Of a stretch of 57,082 bases of DNA, positions 25,294-37,624 are shown piece after piece. Each line of letters starts with the position of its first letter. The first letter of the stretch is position 1. The position numbers and the translations under genes were made by a program. The notes under the pieces were generated by a model. That model did not search any database. It had not been told where the DNA came from and saw only the letters and a list, made by a program, of their open reading frames with translations. The DNA comes from Prorocentrum cordatum. Lineage: Eukaryota. The stretch is taken from the NCBI GenBank assembly GCA_963575745.1, contig CAUYUJ010000047.1, positions 62,001-119,082 of the forward strand, read 5' to 3'.

Positions 25294-25443
25294 ACACACA
25301 CACATACACACTCAAAGTTTTACTTCGGCAGCGAGGCAGAGGCAGTCCGCTCCAGCGTGTGGCTATTCGGGGCAATCAAAAGGCGAATTGTCCAGCGTGC
25401 AAGAGGGAGACACACACCTATCGCTGCAAGCGCGATGGCGGGC
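24208..25443 (-). mobile_element. Helentron/DINE-like element with (CA)n/(CACACG)n cargo inserted in an exon
   Basis: subTIR CCGCCACCGCGCT (24230-24242) versus AGCGCGATGGCGG (25429-25441), 12/13 match. Removal joins TAT|TTG to give SRYLRNEF. Confidence 0.7.
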
Positions 25444-25652
25444 TTGCGCAACGAGTTCCGGATGCAGATCGAGTCCGAGTTGTTCTCTCAAGACGGGTCC
25501 AGGGCCCTCGCGAGAAGCTCCAGCAGGACCTCTGGCCGCTTCGGGTTCCGGAGGATCCAGGGAGAGTCCGCGGAGTCGCTCCAAGTGGCCCAGTACGAGG
25601 CGTTTGCCAAGATCGACCCCGAGGAGCCCGACAAGGTGACTGTGATGGCCTG
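25444..25652 (+). CDS. Channel gene exon (LRNEFRMQIESELF...PDKVTVMAW)
   Basis: Coding-like and in frame with the preceding exon; TG|GA donor. Confidence 0.75.
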
Positions 25653-25656
25653 GATC

Positions 25657-25824
25657 TCAGAGGAGGAAAAAATGCCGACACCGCTACCCTCGCCTCGGCT
25701 TCGCCCTGCAAGGCCTCCTGGGAGGCCCTCGTCGCCACTGCTGGGTTCGCTTCAAAATTCTGGTCAGAACGCACCCCGGGAGGGGTCCAATGCGTCGCGG
25801 TATCGGTACCCTGTGGTTTCCCCA
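25657..25824. mobile_element. MITE-derived intron (introner-like) with GGATC target-site duplication
   Basis: GGATC at 25652-56 and 25825-29; interior homologous to the MITE at 2255-2430; a GA...AG intron 25653-25825 restores W-I-D. Confidence 0.7.
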
Positions 25825-25825
25825 G

Positions 25826-25877
25826 GATCGACCCCGGGGCGCTCGCCTTTCTCAGCTCCAGCGCCGGGGATGCCAAG
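25826..25877 (+). CDS. Channel gene exon (IDPGALAFLSSSAGDAK)
   Basis: CCCCAG|G acceptor and AAG|GT donor. Confidence 0.65.
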
Positions 25878-25938
25878 GTTCGAAGAAGCGCAACCATTGG
25901 GTTAGAAGGCCTTCTCCTCCTTTTCCTCCTCCTCCTCC

Positions 25939-25960
25939 TCCGTAGCCATTTTGGCTCAAG
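25939..25960 (+). other. Dinoflagellate spliced-leader sequence (relict SL)
   Basis: TCCGTAGCCATTTTGGCTCAAG is an exact match to the 22-nt DinoSL consensus DCCGTAGCCATTTTGGCTCAAG. Confidence 0.95.
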
Positions 25961-28900
25961 ATCCCAATGCTGGCTGGCACAGCGCCAGCAGGCTTTCCAT
26001 GGATACCGCAAGTCCGCGGCCAGCTCTGGGGTTTCTTTTGGATCCTCCTTTTACAGACTCACGCGGAATATTCCCGAGGTGCCGCGGCCTCTCTCCGCAT
26101 TCGTTCGCCTGCTGAAGTTCAAGAAGAAGGATTGTTCACATGCCCGAGCACGTCAGGGACCGCCCTCCTCGAGGTGGTAGAGATCCATGGCATGAGGCAG
26201 CTACTGGCAAGAAGCTGGATTCCATCAAGGCCGAGTTGGAACAGCTCCTCTCCGCCCAGGTCGCCGCCGCCTCAGCCAAGTTCCAAACTACGGCCGAGAG
26301 AGTCACGGCCGATGCTCAAGCCGCCTTCCTCGCCCAAGTTCAAAGAGTTGCAGATGTTGCCGCAGCCAGACAAGACGCTTGTGATAATGACATTGCTGAG
26401 CTCAAACGCAGGGTGGCCAACGCTGAAGTTGCACGTCAAAAGCTCAACAAATCGGTCGAAGAGATCAATTCCACGTTCACCGTCGCCGAGGCCAAGATAC
26501 CCAACTTGGACATCCCTAACATTGGAGACTGGAATCGACCTGGACACATTGGCACATGGTGGTGCGGTTCTACGGTCGACATCACCAAAGATCAACTACA
26601 ACAAGTTCCCACCCCATGTTTTTCAAGCTGCTGGGGTGGACCTGGCAAAAGTGCGCTTCAACTGCGCTGCTCCTGGCAAGCGCGTTTCCATCAGTCTCAT
26701 GGGAGACGACACCGTCGCTCGACCGCGTGGTCAAGCTCTTCACAACCATCTTCGAATCGGGCGAGACTGGCGGAAACGCGTCATATCCAATGGTAACATC
26801 GACCACGGCCTCTTCGTCAGCGCAGACAAAGGCCCAAGTTGGCACGACAAGAAGTGCAACCAACTCAAGCGTCTCGCCAAGCTCACCGCCACCGCCTTCC
26901 CCGCGCTCGACATCCGCGCGCACAGGACTGACGCATTCCTCTCAGTCGACAACGAGCCAATTGTCCGCATTTATGTGGGTAGCTCTCCATCGGGGCCGAC
27001 AAGAGCCCAATGGTCTGACGCAGCCGTTCGCCATGGAGCTTTTTGAACACCGCAATGACTCGGGCGCGGCCCTCGCCAGCTCCCTTGGCAACGCACTGGA
27101 AGCAGCACCGTGGCTTTAGCACCCGCTGAACGCCGTGGATGCATTCAGATTGAATACGGACTCCTCCATTGCCAGCTGGAACGCACAGGCACCCGTACAC
27201 CGCGACCCTCGCAGAAGGGACATCAAGCGGAATATCTTGGAACCGCACCTCAAGAAGTCCTCTATCATCGCTCTTCAGGAGACGCATGGGACCAGGACCT
27301 CCCTGCGCCAAAAGGCCAACTCCACGGAGATCAAGTACCAGGCGCTGCGCAGCCCTATCCCTCGCAACCTCGCCGCGGGCGGCGCTGCCTTTTTCGCGCC
27401 TAAGTGCCCCCCCCCCCCCCCCCCACCCTCCCCCCCAAGCCTGGAGACATCGACCAGACGGCCAAGCCCGACATGCATGTCTCTGCTTTCGTTCCTGGCC
27501 GCGCCGCTCTCCTTCGCATCGCCGGTGTCACGGGGCAGCATGCGCGCGCCTATCTGAATATCCACAATCACGACCTTTGCGCCGCCGACCGGGCTGCCAT
27601 CAAGCACGCTTGCTTATCCGCGAACAACGAGGCGCTGGCCGAGCCCGACCACGCACTGTTCCCCAGGCTCGGGGACTTCAATATCGCCGAGCACCCAGCG
27701 CGCAGTCTTACTCGACCTATTGACATACATGAGAATGAGCGATCTCCGGATAAGCCGACATGTTGGAAGCAGCTTTTCCGCCAGCTAACCGAGATCACCA
27801 CCGCATCGACTACTCACCGTTGTGCAGCGAACTCCACGGAATCCTGCATTTACCGCTTCTTCACGCCTTTCGCCGCACACAACACCCCGCTGATCGAGAC
27901 CGCCATGGTTATTGATGACTCTCCTCTGGAACGCGGCGGCAGCCCTGCCAGCGAGCACAAGCTCACGCAGGTTCGAATCCGACATCGCGCACAAAGCCCA
28001 CATGCTGAGCGAGCCATGCCCGCTTATCTTTTCCAGCCCAAGTTCTACGCGAGCGCCATCGAGCACCTGCCCCCGAACGCAGACTACGACAACCTCGCCC
28101 CGATCGGCAAGTAGAAAGCCCTCAAGGAGAACATGATTACTGCTGCTTCCCAAGCTCGCGACGCACTCGCGCGCCTCCATCCTGACGCCCCCGAGTCCGA
28201 CCACAACGCCATCTCCAAGGAGGTCAACTCCATGACCACGCGCGGCATTGCCCGAGCGGCGTGGCACCAAAACGCCAAACTCGCCCGCATTCTCATCGAC
28301 AAGTCGACATTGGGCGCGAAGTACCCGCAGATGAACGCGACCCCAGCATCCCCGCATTGCTACTCTGTCATCGTGCTGAAGGACCCTGCGCTCTCCGCGA
28401 CTGACGCCGCCACCTACCACGCCGCGGCCTCTGGCGAGCGACGCGCTCAGGCTGCTGCCGCTGCTCGCCAAGCTTTTCAATAACCACGGCAGCTACGAGG
28501 CGACAGGTGGCGGAAACGAGTCAACACTGAGCGGGGGGAAGGTGAGCTTTGGAAGCCCTTTTCCAAGCGCCTGGTGCTCGCTGGTATCCGAGTGTCCCAC
28601 GGCGCGCCCAACGCGTTGCTCAAGGACCCAAAGGACACGCACTCCGCCATTCAAGCCCACTGCATTCCGATCTTCATCGACAAGCCAGTAGACACCAACG
28701 CCATGAACTCACACCTTGACCCCCCCCCCCCCGCATGCCGACCTTTGACGCCGCGATTCCCGACGAGCACGACCTCTATCTGGCAGCGAAGAACGCTTCT
28801 GATTCCGCACCTGGACCCGGCGGTCTTCCTTATCGTGCCTGGCTTGCCCCTCCCAACAGTTTCTCCATCTTCGCCGAGCTCGCCACTCATCTACCCAGCG

Positions 28901-31897
28901 GCCTCGCTTTCCCGCGCGCGCCACACCATGCCACGATGGCAATATTACCGAAAGGGGGCGAACCTGCCGTGCAAACAGCGCGCGCCCGTAAACCTGGAAA
29001 GTTATGCCCCCTCGCCACGAAGAACACTGACGTGGATATCACCACTTCCGCCACGAACAGAAAGCTCAAGCCGCTGATGCAAACTATTGCGCCCATCCAG
29101 CGTGGCTCTGCCCCTGGGCGACAGTTTTTGGACAGCATTGTCGAGGTCGACACAGAGAGCCGCAAGTATAACACCCTTCCTGATGCCCAAGCGCTTCAAC
29201 CATGCTTTCTGAGCTTGGACAATGCGGCCGCCTTCCCGAGCCTCTCGCACACCTGGATGTGAAACGCCCTACAGAGGTGGGGTATGCACGGCCGAATATT
29301 CACCCTGATACAAGCGTTTCACCACACGCCGATCGCGCTGCTCGAAATGGGAGGCACGCGCCGACCGCTCTTCCTCGCATCAAGTGGGGTCGCGCAAGGT
29401 TGCCCCCTTCAGTGGCGCCATCTTGGCATTAATCTTCGGTCCCCCACTGGCCGGCATCAACGACTACTTCAAGACAGTCCAAAGGGGTATTGCCACAGCA
29501 TGCGCGGATGATCTAGGATGCGTTCTTGTTTGTCTCCGTGACATTGAAGGATTACGACCTCACTCGTTTGCGAGGTTCCAATATGTTGGCCTTCACCTTC
29601 AACCACGCAACTGCATGTTGGCCCCCGTCTGGACCATTGCCTCTTCCGACCTGGTCGACAGCATGAAAGACATTCTTGCTCACATCCACGCCGATTAGGC
29701 CCTCTTTAAGGTCGAGTCCACAGCCAAGTACCTCGGCGTCTTCATGGGGCCTGGAGCTGACGCACGTACCCAATGGTCTGGCCCTGCCGCCAAGTGGCTG
29801 CACCGTGCCCAGATCCTCGGCGAATCTTACGCACCGACCCAGCAGAACACCAAGTCGTACAACTCCTCTGCGCTGACGGCGCTATCCTACTTTGGCCAAC
29901 TCTTCCCTGTACCTGAACTGATTCTCGGCCGCGAGATTCACGCCCCCCACAAGATAATCCGCTCGCCGCCCTCGGCCTTCGCCAAGCTGGGCAGATTGGG
30001 CATGGCGAATTGGGCTGGAGCTGACATCCCCACTGGCGCAGAAGTGCTGATGAGTGCGACGCTGTGGAGAGCTACTGCCACTACCATCAAGAGTTTCCCC
30101 CCCCCCCCCCCCTGATAGACATGCCCAACGGGCCCGTCATGGAGAACCCCCCATAGTCGCTACAGTGAATGCGCACTGGTCTGCCGAGTGTTGGGCTGCG
30201 CCCTTCTCGATTGTCCAACATCTCCAAGCGGCGAAGAATGGCGCCGCTTTCCCAACGGGCAAGGTCCCCATACTCGTGACTCTAAAAAGAATAAAGAGCG
30301 CAGGCTACGCGCGACGGCAACTTCTGGGTGCTCGCCGCAATGCTGCAGCCTCGGCGCTCTTACCGCCACGTCGTCCCGTTCCTGCTCCTGCGAGGAGCGC
30401 ACATCGACACAGTGCACCTCAATCGAAGTACTTGGCCACCCTCCAGACCCACCTTTACGAGGACAACTTCGACATCACCATCGTGAAGAGGCTGAAGTCC
30501 TGGCCCCCGTACATCCCCATGGCTGCTGACGGGCATGGCCCCACAGCAGGGGGGGGGGGCACCAACTACTCAGCCCTGCTACCCAAGCATTACTGAGCTC
30601 TACGTTTTCGACTTCTCCGCAGACGACATCGACTCCTGGCACCTTTTCTTCTGCGCCCGCACCTGATGAGGGCCAAGGCGACCATATCGCTGTTGCTCGT
30701 GAATTTCATGTTCTTGCTGAAGCACGCACGCATTGGGCCGCGGATTGGCCCCCCGTCTTGTACATCGACAACTGGGGCCGCACTCTACGTCGAGACAACG
30801 ATTGGATGGACTGGCGCGAACAATATGTGCTCCGTCATCTTCGCCCATGGAGTTTCCGCATCCTCTACACCGCCGCATCGGAAGAAGACCTTCGTCGCCG
30901 CGCTCACAGCATACGCCGACAGGAGTGGCGCGACTCAGACGCCAACCGCAACGGCTGGGCGGTATACATGACGAGGGTGCCGCGACCAAATGACATACAA
31001 GCGGCGTGCAACCTTGCGGCCGGGGAGCGCCGTCTTCGTCGCCAGTGGATACACATGGCCGACTTCGTCTCTGACCCGTCCGGCAACACTTACATCGAGG
31101 AGATCAATGAGAATATTCATCCAGAAGCTGGCTCGTTCAACGACCTGACCGCAGTGTACAGCTTCCGAACAGTGCCAAGACCCATTGGCGGCGCACGCGA
31201 GCAGTTATCGCCCGCATGCCCCCTGCACGATTCTGGCCCACGATGAAGACCCTGGCTGGCGCCTGGTCAACGTCATGCCGTCTTCATTTACAACCTGATT
31301 GCCGCCCTGCATATACGGGTGCAACGCGAACTACGCAACGGATAGCATCGCGCACTACCTCATCTGCCCTAGACAGCGGCACGCATGGCATATCCCAGGG
31401 GTTGCCTGTCGAACTGCTTACTGGCCCGCCTCGGGATGCACGAGAGCTGCCACAATGTCGACCCGAACAGAGAGAACCACGTCTCCCACGCGACGGTCCG
31501 CCTGGCCGTCGCCTACCGCATGTACCACACATACAAGGGTTATCAGGCTTCCTCCGTCGACGTGAACGCGTTCGAGGCCTCGGCGTACAACCATATGAAT
31601 GAAGCGCAGCGCGTGCCGCCGCACGCCAGGCCCTCCGTCTCGGCGCATCGCCGCACGGAGGCAGTAGCGCGGGCCTGCCGCCAGCCGCTGGTCAGCCTGT
31701 CTCTCCTCCCGACCGTCCGCCGCCCCGCTCGTCCTCACGTGTTCCTCTCTTCCGGCCGCCCGACCGTCCGTCTCTTCCGCTTCGAAACGTAATCTACGCA
31801 GAATGCACGCCGCCTGTGCCGCCCCGCGCGCCACCTGACGCAGCCAGCGCAGGTGACGGCCGCTGGACGTTGATTCGCCCCCTCCAGGATTCGTTCG
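25939..31897 (+). mobile_element. Full-length but degenerate non-LTR retrotransposon (LINE: ORF1, APE, RT, zinc knuckle)
   Basis: Coiled-coil ORF1 ~26140-27117. APE motifs SWNA, ALQETH, LGDFN, SEH (27135-28114). RT motifs SAPGPGG, LPKG, QRG..PGRQ, LDNAAAFPSL, SGVAQGCP, ADD, KYLG (28735-29800). C-terminal CIYGC...HYLICP. Many frameshifts and stops; (CCT)n on both flanks. Confidence 0.9.
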
Positions 31898-31907
31898 CTC
31901 CTCCTCC

Positions 31908-31942
<35 letters not shown>

Positions 31943-34900
31943 CTCCACGTCCTCCTGTTCCTCCTCCTCCTCCTCCACCTTCTCTTCTTCCTCCTTTTCC
32001 TTTTCCTTCTCCTCGTCCTCCTCCTCCTCCTCCTCCTCCTCCTCCTCCTCCTCCACCTCCTCCTCCTCCTCCTCCTCCTCCTCCTCCCCCTTGAGGTCTG
32101 GACCCCATCCCGAGGACCTGTTTTTCATCCCACGAGTTGTCTTTCGACGGTCCCCAGGTTCAGTGAGGGCCCCCAGAAGCAGAAAATCAGCAGAAGTTCC
32201 CCGTCGTGGTTGTCCAGGAAACCAAACGAAGGCATAAACAGAAGAACCCGGAGGTTCGCGCGGATTTTTTGGATCGGCGCTGGACCCTCCTAGCGGCGCC
32301 TGTGGCGCCGCCCCTGGCGCGCTCCGCGCGCCAGGGGGGGGGTCCAGCGCCAATCCAAGGAACCTGCGCGGACCCCCGACTCATTATGTTTATTATACCG
32401 ATTCATTATTGAGTTAGTAGTTAGTTTTCCATGTTCACAACGAGAGGCGGTATGGCTAGCGCGCGCCCGAAAGGTGAGGGATTGGGTGTACAGCCTCCAG
32501 CACGAGCTCGCGGAACTCTTCGAGGGCACTCCTGCGAGCAGCAGCGCCGGCAACATGGCCCGACAAGGCTCCTTAATCGGCCGGCGGCTCTCGCGGAAAC
32601 CCCCGCCCATGATGGCGGTGTGAGGCTTCGCCCAGCGTCGCGGTTTCCACGCGGCGTTTTCTTGCACGGCCTCCTCGTCAATCCGCCCTCCTTCCGTCCT
32701 CCTTGTTTGCCTGCTCACCCTGCCGCTTCTCCACCTTAATTTGGCGATAATGCCCCATCGGGCCGTCCTCCCTTTCGAGTCCTTCTTCTTATTGTTATTA
32801 TTCCTATTCTTCTTATTGTTGTTATCATTGTTATTAGTATTATTATTCTTCGTATTCTTATTATTAGTATTAGTCTTGTTATTTTTCTTAGTATTCGTAT
32901 GATTGTCATTAGTATTGGTACGTTTCTTATGTATCGTCTTCGCCCTCTTCCACTAATTATTAGTGTTGCTAGTATTCTTCTTCGGCCTCCTCGTATTCGT
33001 CGCCATGCTCAAGCCCGACGGCACGGTCGGGGACCTGGCACCTCGTCCCCCTCCTCCTCCTGCCCCTCCTCTTGCTCCTCCTCCCCCTCCTCCTCCTCCT
33101 CCTCCTTCTCCTCCTCCTCCTCCTCCTCCTCCTCCTCCCCCTCCTCCTCCTCCTCCTCCTCCTCCTCCTCTTCCTCCTCCTCCCCCTCCTCCTCCTCCTC
33201 TCCCTCCTCCTCCTCCTCCTCCTCCTCCTTTCCTCCCTCCTCCTCCCTCCTCCTCCTCCTCCCTCCTCCTCCTTCTCCTCCTCCTCCTCCTCCTCCTCCT
33301 CCTCCTCCTCCTCCTCCTCCTCCCCCTCCTCCTCCTGCTAATCCTCACCATCATGCTCCTCCTTCTCCTGCGCCCACTCGCTCCCCTCCTCCACAGTAGG
33401 GCCGCGGGCAGATCTGCCCATGGGCGCGTCCTCTGCGCGCGCCCTCGCTCGCTCCAGCGTGGGCAGGGCACGTGCGGCGCGAGTCCCCCGAAGTGACCCC
33501 ATCTTGGCATCGCCCTCCCTCGCCCTCCCTCGCCTCCTCTCCCCTTCTCGAAGGAGAAAGAAGACATAAACATAAACTTTCGGCGTTCCGCGCGGATTTC
33601 TTTGCCGCGCTGGGCCCCCCTGGCGGCGCCTCCGGCGCCGCCCCTGGCGCGTTCCGCGCGCCAGGGAGGGGGGTCCAGCGCAGATCCAAGAAATTCGCGC
33701 GGAGCGCCAAAAGTTCATGTTATGTTATTGTTCTACCTTCGCCCACATCTCTTCGAGCGGTTCCCGCGTGCGGCTGAAGAGGAGTCCTTCAGGCCGTCCG
33801 CCCGAGGTCTGCTCATCATTAGCAGCAGCAGCTGCGGCACAGACATCATGGCCATCACCATCATCCGTCACCATCATCACGACCACCATCATCCGGCACC
33901 GTCGTCACCCCTTCCGCGCCCACTGGCGCTCAGAGTGTTGACGCTTCGTGGGCGGTCGAAGTCTGGACGCTTCGTGGATGCCGACCAGCGTCGGGTCGCC
34001 TTTGCCGGGGAAGCGTAGGAACGCACAGCGGCACGGAGAGGGGGCAGCCGCCCCACCGTGTCACCACACGCACCTCCTCTGCTTCGCGTGTCGCTCGGCA
34101 GAAGCTTGCGGGCCGCTGATCGGAGAGTGCCGCAAAACAAAACGGCCTGCGTGATGAGCCAGCGCTGCTCCTGCCGGGCGGAGCGGGGGAGCAGCGGGGG
34201 GGGACACGGCAGGGGCGGAGCGTTTTTGTTGGGAGGGGGAGGGGGCCGTCCAGAGAAGAGGGGGGGAGAAGGAGGAGAAAGAGGAGGAGGAGGAGGAGGA
34301 GGAGGAGGAGGAGAAGGAGGGGGAGGAGGGAGGAGGAGGAGGAGAAGGAGGTGGAGGAGGAGGAGGAGGAGGAGGAGAGGAGGAGAAGGAGGGGGAGGAG
34401 GAGGAGGAGAGTGGGGGGAAAAGAGGAGGAGGAGGAGGAGGAGGGGCGAGGAAAAGAAGGAGGGGGGGCGAGGAGGAGGAGGAGGAGGAGGAGGGGGAGG
34501 AGAAGGGGGGGGCGACGAGGAGGAGGAGGAGGAGGACGAGGACGAGGACGAGGAGGAGGAAGGGAAGCCAGAGTTGTATGTCGGATCTCGGTTCGTCGCT
34601 CCCCCCCCCCAAGAAAAGAAACGAACAAAACATAGTTGCACGCATGTTCGAATAAGATGTGTAAGTATATATGTGATGTACATACACACCTTATATATGT
34701 ATGTGTGTGTGCGTACATACAGATATACATGCATGCACATACGACCATATTTAGATAAATGTGTTTACATCGATATGCCATCGCGGGTTTGCCATTCCGG
34801 TTCCTACGTTCTCTGCCACGCATCTTGCGTGTTGCGCCCACCTAGGTCTTTCATTATATTACAACAACCACTTCACCGAGGTCAATTGTTCCGTTTCGTT

Positions 34901-35099
34901 GTTGTTTGCCGCATAGACGTTCCAGTTCGATTGCTCACTCCTCGCAAAGTAAAATTGAGGACCTCTTCCTCCTCATCCCTCCTCCCTCCTAAGTCCTCCG
35001 TCCTCGTCCTCCTCCCCCTCCTCCTCCTCCTCCTCCTCCTCGTCCGCCTCCTCCTCCTCCTCCTCCTCCTCCTCCTCCTCCTCCTCCCACGTGCCTATG

Positions 35100-36130
35100 T
35101 TGCACGACCATTTTGGCGCGATGGTCGTCAACGGGGAGGTTGGTTGGGACATCGTTGTCTACGCACCTCCTTGTAAGTCCATCAGGCACCGGCCTACCCG
35201 CAAACAGCCCCGGCAGCCGAGCACATCGCGGTGCTCGCGGCCATGGAGCATTGCCCGCGTGCCACTTCCATCTACTCCGATTTCCTAGGCCTCGTGAAGT
35301 TGTCCTCTGCCCCCTGGGGAAGGGTAGCGGCCAGATAACAGTTTTACGCTGGGCTGTGCATTCAAATTCGAGGGGGCCCATCCTGGGATCTGGACTTTCA
35401 GATTCTCAAGGTCCCTGCCCACGTAGACCCGGAGTCCCTGCCCCCTCCCACGCATGAGTGGTACTTGACGGTTGGGAACGATCTGGCAGACCGGTGGCGC
35501 AGGGTCGGTGGCCCAGCCGTCGGAGACGGAATTGCAGAATTGGGTTGACGAAGCAGCCTCACTTACGCGATTCCTGTTGTACGCCGTCCAGGCGTTGCTT
35601 CTCTTCCCCGAAATTGCACCGACCAAAGAGATGCGGTCGCAATTCGACAAAACGAATTGGCAGGAAGGTTTTGCAACCAGCGTCGGCGCGGCCAGGCAAC
35701 TCCTCCCCTGTCCTCCCCCGCCCCCGCCCCAAGGGCGCCCCTCCAGGAGGGTAACCCAAGCAGAGCCGCCCTGGCCCGCCCAGAGCCACCAATGGAGCTG
35801 GAAGCGCACACGCTGGGTCTGTGAGGTCTGCCTCGCAGTTGCCCAGGCCACAGCGCTGCTTTCGCTGAGCTTGCCCGCAACCCGCGCAAGCATACCATCC
35901 ACCTGTCCAATCATGCATTGGGGGTGGTCTTCATATGCAGCACTTGCGGGGCGTACTCGGAATCGAGGATCCTTAGGAAACTAGGCGAGGGGTGCAAGCC
36001 ACGCTTCGCCTCCAACGGGGCGCGATACTCTTCGGACAGGTTCTCGAAGGGCCAGCGTCCTGATTTCAAGAAAGGGCCAGCGAGGTGCATGGAGGAGTAC
36101 ATGTCCCTTGCCACCCTGTTGCGTTCGTAG
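35100..36130 (+). mobile_element. Probable 3' fragment of another retroelement (Cys/His-rich C-terminus)
   Basis: H.W......WVCEVC and FICSTCGAY...LGEGC motifs with frameshifts; no RT is visible. Confidence 0.4.
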
Positions 36131-36636
36131 TTCCGTGCCGTCCTTCTTCTCTAGTCTTCTTATAGGGAAGGGCCCAGCCCTTCTTCCCCGTCTCCTCGCC
36201 TGTATCCACATCCCTCCAGCCTTGCTGTCGCCTGACTTCCCCTTCCCCCTCATCTTGCTTCGTTCCCATCCTGCCCCCCCTCTGTCCCCTGCCCCTCGCT
36301 GGTACCCACGTCCATCCATCCTTGCCCCGGTGCTTCCCCATCCCGTGTCCCTGGCCACAACGTGCACGGCCAAGTGTCCGTGGGGCGCGCGCCCCTCAGC
36401 AACACAGCGCATGCGATCTCCAGATAGCGGCCACGACACCCATTCAAGCAGGAGCGATCCGAGGCTCGCTGCGGGCCGCCAGGCCCGCAAAAGCGGCTGC
36501 TCGTGCAATGCCCAACCACCTGGGGACCCTCCACCCCTCAAGGAAGCGTAGAGTCTCAGAGTCCCCCTCCTCCCCCTACTCCCCCTCCCCCTCCTCCTCC
36601 TCCCTCTCCTTCCTCCTCCTCCTCATCATCATCATC

Positions 36637-36667
<31 letters not shown>

Positions 36668-36786
36668 CATCATCATCAATCTCATCGCCTCCTCCTCCTC
36701 CCTCCTCCTCCTCCTCCTCCTCCTCCTCCGCCTCCTCCTCCTCCTCCTCCTCCTCTTCCTCCTCCTCGTCCTCCTCCTCCTCCTCC

Positions 36787-36821
<35 letters not shown>

Positions 36822-37039
36822 CCCCCTCCTCCTCCCCCTCCTCCTCCTCCTCCTCCTCCTCCGATGCCCCGCCTCGGCACCCCCTCTGTGAGCCCCACTC
36901 CCGCCTCTAGCGAGCGCCGCGCGCTCGGCAGGAGCGGCGCCCGACCTGCGCGGCGCCGGCGGGCGCCCGCCGCCGAGCGGCGAGGCCTGCGCCGAGCCAA
37001 CCCCGAGCCCCTGCGCGGGGTGAGCGGGTCGAGGGAGAG

Positions 37040-37310
37040 CGATCGGGGGGGGGGGGGGGATCGAGGATCGAGGAGGAGCAGCGACGATCGAGGAGAAAAG
37101 GAGCGAGGGTAGATGGATCGGGGAGGAGGATCGAGGATCGAGGAGGAGCATCGAGGGTCGAGGAGGCGCATCGAGGATCCAGGAGGAGGATCGAGGATCC
37201 AGGAGGAGGGTCGATGATCGAGGCGGATCGAGAAGGATCGAGGATCGAGGAGGAGGGTCGAGGAGGGGGGCGGCGAGGATCGAGGAGGGATCGAGGATCG
37301 AGGATCGATC
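37040..37310. repeat. (GAGGATC)n-type minisatellite
   Basis: Directly visible. Confidence 0.8.
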
Positions 37311-37624
37311 CTGTGACAGGCCTCGGTCAGGAGAGGGGTGAAAGGTGGGGGGGCCTGACAGGATCCGACGCTGCGAAAGCAGGCGGCGGCGGTCGCCCCT
37401 GAGATCCTAGCCCCCCCCCCCCGGGCCATAAAAACAGAGCGGCGAGAGTCATTTGTTCGCTGTGTTCGGCGCTCGCCGAGCCCCGGGACCGTCAAAAAAG
37501 TGCCTGGGATGAAAAGCAGGAGGTCCCAGGAAATGGGTCGGCCCCCCACGGCGAAACTCCACGCTCTTGGGCGGGGTGGGCGCACCTTGAAAACAAACAG
37601 TTCGCCAAACGTCGACGTGGAGGC

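Noticed and set aside
32470..34018. Possible 3' exons of the channel gene (ELAELFEGTPASS...; VLTLRGRSKSGRFVDADQRRVAFAGEA*)
   Set aside because: Coding-like, but splice phases cannot be tied to the exon ending at 25877 without cDNA.
35105..35125. CCATTTTGGC partial SL match
   Set aside because: Only a 10-nt core match, which is too weak.
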